Assembly (NCBI GenBank): GCA_016203665.1
Contig: JACQMJ010000004.1
Location: 68,214-132,213 of the forward strand
Direction of reading: 5' to 3'
From: Candidatus Sungiibacteriota bacterium
GTDB taxonomy: Bacteria > Patescibacteriota > Minisyncoccia > Sungbacterales > SURF-37
Length of the DNA stretch: 64,000 bases
Part shown: positions 1-9,100 of the stretch, piece after piece
Numbering within the stretch: position 1 is the first letter of the stretch
Layout: the number at the start of each line of letters is the position of its first letter
Notes under the pieces: generated by a model
Told to the model about the DNA's origin: nothing
What the model saw: only the letters and a program-made list of their open reading frames with translations
Databases searched by the model: none
Made by a program: the position numbers and the translations under genes

Positions 1-971
1 ACGGCCAGGAACATGCCGAGGATGCCGCCGAGCTTTGCGCCGATAAGGAGGGCCACGACTACGACGAGCGGATTCAGTCCGATGACCCGGCGCATGAGAA
101 GCGGTACCAACACGTGCGACTCCAACTGCTGGATTATGGTATAGACAACCGCCACGACCAGACCCAGGACGGGCGAGGAGATGAAAGCGAAGAATACCGC
201 CGGCACGGCCGCGAGAATGGGCCCGATCACAGGTATAAGCTCAAAAACAGCCGCGAGGAGCGCCAAAAAGAGCGCATAGCGGATGCCAAGCAGCGTCAGG
301 GCTATGAAGACAAGTATGCCGACAACGACGCCGAGAAGCGCCTGGCCGCGGAGCCACTGGCCGATTTTCGCCCGGGAACGCGACCAGAGATCAATCACGT
401 ACTCCTCCTCGCGGAGCGGCGTAACCATACGCAGGAAATGCTCAATGCCGTCCTCCTGACTGGCGAGATAGAAGGAAACCACGACCAGGATGACGACCGA
501 GAACACGCCGCCGAAGACCGAGACGAGGATGTCGAGGGCGGAGGAGCCGGCCGAGCGAAGGTCAAAGGGCGGATTCAAAATCACCGATTCCGCGCCCTCG
601 GAGAGTACGGAAAAGAAGGGTAGGTCGCGAAATGAACGGAGCTCGGAGAGGAGGATGCGCTGGTAGCGCGGAAAGGCGTCGAGGAAGGCGGAGAACTCAT
701 CAGCCAGCGCCGGCAGGACGAGCCAGATCGCGCCGGAAAGCACGGCGATGGCCACGACGTAGATGATGAGCACGGCGAGGATCCGCGGCACGCGCAGGCG
801 CTCGAACCACTTGACACCCGGTTCGATACCCGAGGCGATGACGATGGCGAAGAGGAGGGCGGCCACGATCTGCCGCAAATAGAAGAGTGCGGCCACGAGC
901 AAACCGATCGCTACGATGCGGAAGAGCGAGCGGTAGGTGATGTCGAGAGAGATAAGGCGGAGGTTGGCCAT
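1..971 (-). CDS. AI-2E family transporter (PerM/UPF0118-like permease), partial; C-terminus beyond the left edge
   Basis: It is absent from the ORF track because it has no stop in the window. My reverse-strand translation from the ATG at 971 is uninterrupted and very hydrophobic: MANLRLISLDITYRSLFRIVAIGLLVAALFYLRQ...FELIPVIGPILAAVPAVFFAF...IIQQLESHVLVPLLM. This is the typical AI-2E permease core. Confidence 0.85.
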   Translation of the reverse strand, partial: MANLRLISLDITYRSLFRIVAIGLLVAALFYLRQIVAALLFAIVIASGIEPGVKWFERLRVPRILAVLIIYVVAIAVLSGAIWLVLPALADEFSAFLDAFPRYQRILLSELRSFRDLPFFSVLSEGAESVILNPPFDLRSAGSSALDILVSVFGGVFSVVILVVVSFYLASQEDGIEHFLRMVTPLREEEYVIDLWSRSRAKIGQWLRGQALLGVVVGILVFIALTLLGIRYALFLALLAAVFELIPVIGPILAAVPAVFFAFISSPVLGLVVAVVYTIIQQLESHVLVPLLMRRVIGLNPLVVVVALLIGAKLGGILGMFLA

Positions 972-974
972 GGC

Positions 975-2243
975 TTACCGAAGCGCCAAGGGTTCTTGGA
1001 ACGGTCCGGCCTCGGTGTGCGGCCCGATGAGGGCGAGGTTCAGATGTTCATCGCGGAAGATGTCGACGGCGACGCGCTGGATGTCCGCAGCCGTAACAGT
1101 ATCAATTTTGCGATAAATCTCTTCAACGGTCAACGGTTGGCGCGTCAGCGCTTCCTCGCCGCCGACGAAGAATGCGAGGCGATCTGAACCTTCTAGAGAG
1201 AGCGCTAACCGTCCCTTCATAGCTTCTTTGGCGCGAGCCAATTCCGCCCCCGGCACCGCTTCGGCCGCGATCTTCCTGTACTCACCCAGGATAACCCTGA
1301 CGGCTTCGGCAGTGTTTGGATGCTCGACACCGGCATAGGTTTCAAATGAACCATAAGTCGTGTAGTCGTCATAGACCGTCGAAATAGCATACGCGAGTCC
1401 GCGTTTCTCCCGTACTTCCTCGAACATGCGCGACGCCATAGACCCGCCGAGGATGTACGCGAGCACGCTCGCGGCGAAACGCCGGGGATCATGGGCGCCG
1501 AATGCCCGCACACCAAGAATAAGGTGCGTCTGGTCGGTTTGCTTAGTGAAAAGCGACACCACCGGTTCCTTCTGCACCTCCACCACTGCCGGCCGTGTCC
1601 GCGGCTTGCCATGCCGTACCGCTCCGAACGCACGAGTCACATCGACGACCGCTTGTTCTTCTTGAAAGTTTCCCGCAACGACCACAATGGTATCCTCGGC
1701 GGTGTACTGATTCTGGAAGTAGCGACGGAGTTCCTCCGAATTCATACGTCCAATAGTTTCAGGAATGCCGCCGATCTCCCAACCGGCGGGCTGATCACCG
1801 TAGAGCAGCGCTGTATAGAGGTATCCTATGTGGCTCTGGGGGTCGTCATGGCGCATCCGTATCTCCTGGATGATGACACCGCGTTCCTTCTCTACTTCCC
1901 GCTGATCGAGGAGGGAATTCAAGAAAATGTCGGCGGTAAGGTCAAGCGCCTGGCCGAACTTCGCCGCCGGCACTTTCACGTAGTAGCCGGTGTACTCGTT
2001 GGACGTCATGGCGTTCGTGTAGCCGCCGAGACCGTCCACCTCTTCGCTGATGATCTTCGCCGCCGGCCGCCGCGCCGTGCCTTTAAAAAACATATGCTCG
2101 AGAAAATGCGAAATACCATTCGCCTCCTTTGTTTCATTATTCGAACCCGTGTCTACCAGCGCCAGTATGGTAACCGTGGTAACGTTCCCCATGGGGACTG
2201 TGATGAGGCGGAGGCCGCTGGAAAGCGTTATCTTTTTGAACAT
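975..2243 (-). CDS. M16 family (pitrilysin/insulinase-like) zinc peptidase
   Basis: 422-aa ORF with the inverted zinc motif HxxEH (ISHFLEHMFFKG) near the N-terminus and a two-lobed M16 length. Confidence 0.9.
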   Translation of the reverse strand: MFKKITLSSGLRLITVPMGNVTTVTILALVDTGSNNETKEANGISHFLEHMFFKGTARRPAAKIISEEVDGLGGYTNAMTSNEYTGYYVKVPAAKFGQALDLTADIFLNSLLDQREVEKERGVIIQEIRMRHDDPQSHIGYLYTALLYGDQPAGWEIGGIPETIGRMNSEELRRYFQNQYTAEDTIVVVAGNFQEEQAVVDVTRAFGAVRHGKPRTRPAVVEVQKEPVVSLFTKQTDQTHLILGVRAFGAHDPRRFAASVLAYILGGSMASRMFEEVREKRGLAYAISTVYDDYTTYGSFETYAGVEHPNTAEAVRVILGEYRKIAAEAVPGAELARAKEAMKGRLALSLEGSDRLAFFVGGEEALTRQPLTVEEIYRKIDTVTAADIQRVAVDIFRDEHLNLALIGPHTEAGPFQEPLALR

Positions 2244-2275
2244 ACCTGAAAGACCACGAAGTTAGTATCTCGTTG

Positions 2276-3574
2276 CTATCCAAGTTTCTCCTGAACGTAG
2301 GCCGCCAAATCCGCTGCGGCGACCCGCTCTTGATGCGTCGAATCCCGATCCCGCACCGTTACCGTCCCATCCTCAAGTGTCTGGAAATCAACGGTCACGC
2401 ACCAGGGCGTGCCGATCTCGTCCTGGGCGTAGTAGCGCTTGCCGATATTGCCGCGATCGTCCCAGGCGGCCGCGAAGCGGCTCTTAAGACTGCCGAAGAT
2501 CTCGCGCGCTTTTTCGACGAGCTCGGTCTTATTGGCCAGCAGCGGAAATACGGCAACTTTATACGGCGCCAGTCGGGGATGGAGTTTTAGTAAAATCCTT
2601 TCATCTTCTTCGTGGTAGGCGGAAACGAGTAGTGCGAGCACAGTTCGCTCCACGCCGAAGGTCGGCTCAATTACGTGGGGGGTGAACCGCTCCCGTTTCG
2701 TTTCGTCGTAATACTCGAGCGGCACGCCGGATGCGGCGGCGTGGTTTTTCAGGTCAAATTCGGTGCGATAGGCCAGGCCGAAGAGCTCCTCCCGGCCGAA
2801 TGGAAAATCATAGTCAAGGTCAACGGTGCGGCAGGAATAATGGGCGCGGTCTTTGGAGGGAACTTCGCGATCGCTAACCCCGCGGATCTCCAGAAATTCC
2901 AGCCAGGCGTGCATCTCCTTAAGCCAGTATCCAAAAACATCTTCCCATCCTTCGGGCCGGATAAAGTACTCAATTTCCATCTGTTCAAATTCCCGCGTGC
3001 GGAAAATGAAGTTGCCGGGGGTAATTTCGTTGCGAAAGGCTTTGCCGATCTGCGCCAAGCCGAACGGCAGCTTGGGGTGCATGGTATCCAGGATGTTTTT
3101 GAAATTCACGAACATCCCCTGGGCCGTTTCAGGGCGCAGAAACGTTTCGGCCGCCGTGTCTTCGGTCGGACCGACGTACGTCCGAAACATGGTGTTGAAC
3201 GGCCGCACCTCGGTAAAATCGTTCGCGCCGCATACGGGACAGGCCGCCGTGGTGTCTACCTTATCGGCGCGGAAGCGCGACTTGCACGCTCGGCAATCCA
3301 CCATCGGATCAATGAACGATTGAACGTGACCGGATGTTTCCCATACCTTCCTATGCATCAGGATAGAGCTCGCAATTCCAAACATATCTTCCCGCTGGAT
3401 CACAAAACGCCTCCACCACTCCTGCTTGATGTTGAATTTAAGCTCCACACCCAAGGGCCCGAAATCGTAGAATCCGGCGAGCCCGCCGTAGATCTCCGAG
3501 CCGGGAAACACGAAGCCGCGCCGCTTGGCCAGCGACACGATCTTCTCCATGGCTTTCGGGTCGTCGGTGCGCAT
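2276..3574 (-). CDS. glyQS: glycine--tRNA ligase (alpha2-type class II)
   Basis: 432-aa ORF. The N-terminus MEKIVSLAKRRGFVFPGSEIYGGLAGFYDFGPLGVELKFNI is the canonical GlyRS signature. Confidence 0.95.
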   Translation of the reverse strand: MRTDDPKAMEKIVSLAKRRGFVFPGSEIYGGLAGFYDFGPLGVELKFNIKQEWWRRFVIQREDMFGIASSILMHRKVWETSGHVQSFIDPMVDCRACKSRFRADKVDTTAACPVCGANDFTEVRPFNTMFRTYVGPTEDTAAETFLRPETAQGMFVNFKNILDTMHPKLPFGLAQIGKAFRNEITPGNFIFRTREFEQMEIEYFIRPEGWEDVFGYWLKEMHAWLEFLEIRGVSDREVPSKDRAHYSCRTVDLDYDFPFGREELFGLAYRTEFDLKNHAAASGVPLEYYDETKRERFTPHVIEPTFGVERTVLALLVSAYHEEDERILLKLHPRLAPYKVAVFPLLANKTELVEKAREIFGSLKSRFAAAWDDRGNIGKRYYAQDEIGTPWCVTVDFQTLEDGTVTVRDRDSTHQERVAAADLAAYVQEKLG

Positions 3575-3595
3575 CCGTCTCCTATTGGTACCGCA

Positions 3596-5500
3596 TTAGC
3601 GAACGACGCGCCACTCCTGCGGGCTGGAGCGGCTGTCGCCTTTTAGCTCGATAGTCAGATCGTCCGCAGCCGCGGACAGCTCCGTGCCGGTGAAGCCGTC
3701 GCGGCCGGAGGCGCTGATGGCCGTGAGGAGAGGAGGTGAGACCCCGACCTGGTTCTCTGCCGGCGTGAAGGCGATGGTGATGAACGCCGCGGCGTGCGGC
3801 CGCAGGAGGCCAGTCGCGGCCGGCACCTGCCCGACGCGCCAAGATAACTCGCGGCTGGCCGGGTTGAACTCCACGCTCCCGAGGTCGGATGAAACCACGC
3901 GGCCGAACTCTACGCCGCCGGGGAGTACGGCCCGCACCATGACGTCGCGCACGTCGTTCGTCCCGCTGCCGAGCTGGAGGAGGACGGTGTAGGTCGTGGT
4001 CTGACGAACCTTCGGCGGCAGGGGGCCGGCGGACGGCACGGGCGAGTCGTAGTAGCTCGCGCGCGCGGCCAGGCTAAGGCGCGATGATATCTGAAACTCC
4101 GCCGTGTCGCGATAGGCCAGTGACACGCCACGGAAATCCGGCGGCGGCGTCCCGGTGTCAATAGTCGTCAGGACCGGAAAGCGGAAGTTCTTGTCGGAGA
4201 AGCCGCGGATGGGCGGATTAGCCTTCAGAGTGAAGGAGAAGTTGAGCGTGTCCTCCTCGCCCGGTCCGAGCTCGGCGAGCCCGGCGACCGACGCCGGATT
4301 CCAGGTCAGGAAACGCCGCGTTACATCATAAAACCCATCCTCCACCCGCACCGTTTCGAGCTCAACGAACTGCTCGGGGATGGACACGCTCACCGTCACA
4401 TTCTGGACAGGCTGGGCAAGATTATTACGGAAGCGCACCCGGCCTTCGATGCGCGCACCGGGCGCAAGCGGCCCCCGACGGTTGCCATCAAGGGTGGTCT
4501 GTGCGAGGAGGAACGGCGAGGCCAGCGTCGGACCGGCCGAGGCCTCGGTGAGCAGGAGCCACGACTTCGTGCCGGCATCGTAGCGGCCGAGCCGCACGCG
4601 GAAGAGCTTGGGTTCCTCCGGCTCCCCGCGGAGCACACCAGTCAGCACGATCTTGGTCAAGGTGCCAGCCTCAAGATTGCCGAGCGGCCAGAGGTTCGGG
4701 GCGTCGGCCGGCGGCAGAGGTGAAGCCGACTTCAACTCAAACCCGGGCGGCGACTCGATGCCGAGCGACATCTGCGGCAGGGAAACCGAGGTTTCGGCGT
4801 CCACGCCGATGGTGACGGTTATCTCTTGGCCGCTCGAGACCCGTTCCGGCGCCTCCACGGTGATGACGAATGGCACCCGGCCGATTGGCGCGATGAAACG
4901 GGCCCGGCGGGTGAACTGGGATGCAACATTCTGCGGTCGATAGAGGAAGAGGCCAGAAATTTCGAGCGTCTCGTTGTCCCGGCCGAGGAACTGCACCCGG
5001 AGTTCGCGGCGGAACTCCCCACCAGCGGGAACACTATCAATGGTGAGCCGCTCACGGACCGGGCTGGAGGCTGGAGCCGGCTCTCCGGCGAGTATAGCGC
5101 CCGGCGGCAGGGTCAAGGTGAGCGCGCCGTCCGTCAGTGCCACTGACCCGCGGTTGGTAATGAGAACGGTGATGGTTGTGGGCTCGCCGGCGGTGATTCG
5201 ATCCGGGCCGAGGATTTCGAGGCGCACATCGGCGCGGGCGAAAAAGAGCGTGTAGCCAATGAAGGCCGCGATGCCAAGGAGCGCCAGGAGCCCGAGCATG
5301 ACCAGGGTGCGGCCCGAGAACCGCCGCTGGCGGAGCTTGGCAAGGTAGACGCGGTCCATTAGCCGCGGAGCGGCGTCCGGTTCCTCCCAGCCGGACGGCA
5401 GGGAATTCGGATGCTCCGCTCGAAGCGACCCTTCTTGCGGCTCCTCTGCCGGAGGTTCTCTCCGGTAGAGCCCTCCGCGAATATCTTCCAAACGCGACAT
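3596..5500 (-). CDS. hypothetical membrane-anchored protein with repeated beta-sandwich (CARDB/DUF11-like) segments
   Basis: 634-aa ORF. One N-terminal TM helix (TLVMLGLLALLGIAAFIGYTLFF) is followed by repetitive T/V/G/P-rich beta-type sequence. No family assignment is possible by eye. Confidence 0.7.
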   Translation of the reverse strand: MSRLEDIRGGLYRREPPAEEPQEGSLRAEHPNSLPSGWEEPDAAPRLMDRVYLAKLRQRRFSGRTLVMLGLLALLGIAAFIGYTLFFARADVRLEILGPDRITAGEPTTITVLITNRGSVALTDGALTLTLPPGAILAGEPAPASSPVRERLTIDSVPAGGEFRRELRVQFLGRDNETLEISGLFLYRPQNVASQFTRRARFIAPIGRVPFVITVEAPERVSSGQEITVTIGVDAETSVSLPQMSLGIESPPGFELKSASPLPPADAPNLWPLGNLEAGTLTKIVLTGVLRGEPEEPKLFRVRLGRYDAGTKSWLLLTEASAGPTLASPFLLAQTTLDGNRRGPLAPGARIEGRVRFRNNLAQPVQNVTVSVSIPEQFVELETVRVEDGFYDVTRRFLTWNPASVAGLAELGPGEEDTLNFSFTLKANPPIRGFSDKNFRFPVLTTIDTGTPPPDFRGVSLAYRDTAEFQISSRLSLAARASYYDSPVPSAGPLPPKVRQTTTYTVLLQLGSGTNDVRDVMVRAVLPGGVEFGRVVSSDLGSVEFNPASRELSWRVGQVPAATGLLRPHAAAFITIAFTPAENQVGVSPPLLTAISASGRDGFTGTELSAAADDLTIELKGDSRSSPQEWRVVR

Positions 5501-5506
5501 TGCTTT

Positions 5507-6136
5507 TCAGTATACCCTGTTCTGGGCCTGGATCGGAGTAAATGCGCTTCCTAATCTCCGGGTAAGCCAAGCCAGCTCCCGTTCCAGCATGACGGGTTCG
5601 GTCTCGATCGCGCCGAGGAGAGAAGGCGGGCTTACCGCGAATTCCCGGAGTGCGGAAATCGTCCCGGCCTCCGGAGAGAGCGGCGAGGGAAAGAGGCCGA
5701 GGAATATAAGGAGCCGGGCGTGAAACCATACGGCGCCGCGCCGGATGGCAGCGGAATCGCGCGCGGTTTCCAGTATAGCCAGCGCAGCCTCGGCTGTGGC
5801 CAAAAGCTCTCTGGCCTGGTCGCGCTCTTCCAGCAGATTACGATCCAGCGTTTCCAGCAGCGCTAAGAGCGCCGCAAGCTTCTCCAGAAAGTTACGGCTC
5901 TTATCCGGAAACACCTCTAGACGGGCCGTAGTCAGCCGGTAGCCATTTCTTCCGACGACGAAGGAAATTTCCGAAATCGCGCCGGGCTCAAGGTGCCCCT
6001 GGAGTTTTGCGCCGTGCTTGCGCGCTCCCTGGGCCAGGAGCCGAATTTTGCCGAAATCAGCAGAGAGGGCCGTGACGCGCCAATCCGCCTCGCCCCATGC
6101 TTCTTTTTTTAGAATAAGCGCGCGGGAGTGATGCAT
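5507..6136 (-). CDS. recO: DNA repair protein RecO
   Basis: The ORF track gives 5507..6184. I prefer the internal ATG at 6136 (MHHSRALILKKEAWGEADWRV...), which removes the 41-nt overlap with ileS. The sequence has an N-terminal OB fold and a helical RecO pattern. Confidence 0.85.
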   Translation of the reverse strand: MHHSRALILKKEAWGEADWRVTALSADFGKIRLLAQGARKHGAKLQGHLEPGAISEISFVVGRNGYRLTTARLEVFPDKSRNFLEKLAALLALLETLDRNLLEERDQARELLATAEAALAILETARDSAAIRRGAVWFHARLLIFLGLFPSPLSPEAGTISALREFAVSPPSLLGAIETEPVMLERELAWLTRRLGSAFTPIQAQNRVY

Positions 6137-6143
6137 ATTTCCG

Positions 6144-9100
6144 TCATGCCCTGCGAATGCCGAGCTTAATGGCGCCGTTGTCAAGCTCTACGTCCCGGGT
6201 AATCGCAGTACTCCATTTTCCTCCGATTTCAATACGGGCCGCGCCCGCCTCGCGCTGAATAAACGGCGACCAGCGCTCAATCAGTGCGGCGATATTTCCG
6301 GCGCCCGATATCTGCACGCGCACGAGCTCACCGGGTTTCAATCCGGCATCACGGCGCAATTCCTGGATGTTCCGCACGAGTTCACGCACCAACCCTTCCT
6401 CACGGAGCTCGGTGGTGATCGTAGTGTCGAGCTTAACTTCGTCGGCGAGGCGCGGGTCAATCACTACGGTTTTCACGTTCACCTCGTCCTGAAGGAGCGT
6501 AAGCAATCCGGGAACTTTTAACCTGGAACTTTTAACTTCCAACTTCGTCAATGGCTGGCGCACCCTAAGCCCGGCTTTCGCCCGCTCGGCCAGCGCCAAC
6601 GCCGCAAGGCGCCGCACCTCGGCCATGCCATCCAGCAAAGCTTTTAGCTTTTGGCTTTTAGCTTTTAGCTTGGCCGTCGGCTTGCTCGCCGTAGCTTTAG
6701 CGGAGGCGGGCCAGTCCCGCAGATGCACGCTCTCCTCCCTAAGTCCGAGTTTTGGCTTGAGCTTTTGGTAAATCACTTCTGAAAGAAAGGGCGTGAACGG
6801 AGCCATAAGTTCTGTGAGCTGAAGCAAAACAGCACCGTGAACAGCTGATGCGGCTTCCCTTGCGGCCGATGATTCCGGCCGCTGGAACCGCCGCCGCGAG
6901 CGGCGTACGTACCAATTTGAGAAATCCTCCACGATGAAATAGTCGAGTAGCCGCGCCGCACCAACAATGTCGTATGCATCGAGTCGTCCCGTTACTGCAG
7001 CCGTAAGTTCATCAATTCTTGCCATCACCCACCGATCCAATACGTTCGCGCTTTTAACTTTTAACTTTTGCTTGCCCGCCGTAGCCTCGGCGAAGGCGGG
7101 ACTTTTAACTTTATCCACGTACGTGTCAAAGAACACGAAGCTGTTCCAAAGCGTGGAAAGTGCACCGCGCAGGCGAAGGAGAATATCCTTCTCGTCAAAG
7201 CGCTTGGGATCGCCCGGAGCGTTTACGGTATAGAAGTACCAGCGGATAGCGTCAGTGCCGTATTTGGCGATCATTGGCAGTGGTTCAATGACATTGCCGC
7301 GGGATTTGGACATTTTCTGGCCGTTTTTATCCAGCACGTGGCCAAGTGAAATGACGTTCCGGTAGGACGTGCCGCGGCCCAGGGCCGTGGAAACTGCCAA
7401 GAGCGTATAAAACCAGCCGCGGGTCTGATCAATGGCTTCGCATATATAATCGGCGGGAAACAATAGCTTTTTACCTTTGACTTTTGACTTTCGACCTTCA
7501 GCGAAGGCGAACGGATAGTGAGCCTGAGCAAACGGCATGGCCCCGGAATCAAACCATACATCGCATACCTCCGGCGCCCTTCGCATCTTACCGGAGCACT
7601 TTCTACACCGCAGGCGGATCTCATCAGCGTACGGCCGATGCAGGTCGAGCTCTCCGGTATCATTGTACGGCCAGTTATGGAGGCGGATAGCCCGGAACTC
7701 GGCCGGTTCAAGATAAGGCGAGGATGGGTAATCCGCTTCAGGCAAACCTTCAAGCGCGGCCATGAGGACCCAAGACGGATCGCCGTGCGTCACGACAAGC
7801 GCCCGCTTGCCCGGGTGCTTCTTTTGAATGGCAAAGACTGCGGCTATCATCCGAGCCCGTACTTCACGGAGGTTTTCGGCGCCGCGGGGCCCGTCAGTGA
7901 AACGGGCGGCAAAATTTGAAAATGAAGCGCGAAATTCATCAACCGGCTGTCCCTCAAAACCTCCGATATTTATATCGGTAAGCTCGGGTAAAGTTTCTAT
8001 GCGTTTAATGCCAAGCGCCTTGGCCACGATTTTAGCCGTTTCCTGGGCGCGCAAAGAAGGCGAGGCGACAATTGCTTGAATCCCTTCTCTTTTCAGCCGC
8101 CTAGCGGCGAGAAGCGCATCGTCCTTGCCGCGAGCTGTCAAAATATTCTTGCCGTCGTTCGCCGGCGAGGGATTTACCAGGCCGTTTACATTATGAAGCG
8201 CCTCGCCGTGGCGCATAAGAATGAGTGTCGTCGGCTGCGGGTCCAGATCGTCAAGCTCCTTAAGCGAGCCGATGATGCGCACCGCATCACACTTTTCGCA
8301 CTGCCACGCCGGCAAAGGGGTGCCCCAGTAGCGCTCGCGCGAAAAGGCCCAGTCGCGCGCCTCGCGGATGAATTCACCGAAGCGACCGTGCTTTAAGTGC
8401 TCCGGCACCCAGTTGATTCTCTTGTTTTCGGCAACGAGTTCCTTCCGGAGTGCGCTCATCTTCACCCACCAGGCTTGGCGCGCATAGTAAAGGAGCGGCG
8501 TGTCGCAGCGCCAGCAAAAGGGATACTCATGCTCATACATTTCCTCGGCAAAAAGCAGGCCTCTCTGTTTCAGCGATCCGATTATGGCGTCCTCGGTTTT
8601 AGGGTCCTTTACGAACAGTCCGCCGAGGCCTTCGCCAAGATTATTTATGAAATGTCCGGTCTCATCCACGGTGTGGAATTTCGGGAGGCCGATCTTGGCG
8701 CCGAGGCGGTAGTCGTCCTCGCCGTACATCACGGCCGTATGCACCACACCCGTCCCCTCCTCCATGGCGACGAAATCGGCCGGATATACGCGGTGCGATT
8801 TTTCATTCTGCAATTCCGGCACGGAAAAAAGCGGCTCATATTCAAGACCGATGATCTTCTTTCCCCAAAACACGTCTATGTCATCAAGCATCGTCCGGTT
8901 GCGGTATTCCGGCGGGAACACGCCTTTCTCAATGAGCGCATCAAGGGTTTTATGCCCCAGCACAACCCAACGCCCTTTTGCCTCGGGATCGGGCACCGAA
9001 ACATATTCTTCTTTTGGATTAACGGCGAGGGCCACGTTCCCCGGCAGGGTCCAGGGCGTAGTTGTCCAGGAAAGAATGGAGGTATTCTGCCATTGGCGGG

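Noticed and set aside
6640-6673. Tandem repeats such as gcttttagc x4 as CRISPR-like or minisatellite arrays.
   Set aside because: The units are 6-12 nt with no spacers, far too short for CRISPR, and they lie in frame within ileS. They are treated as a low-complexity repeat family instead.
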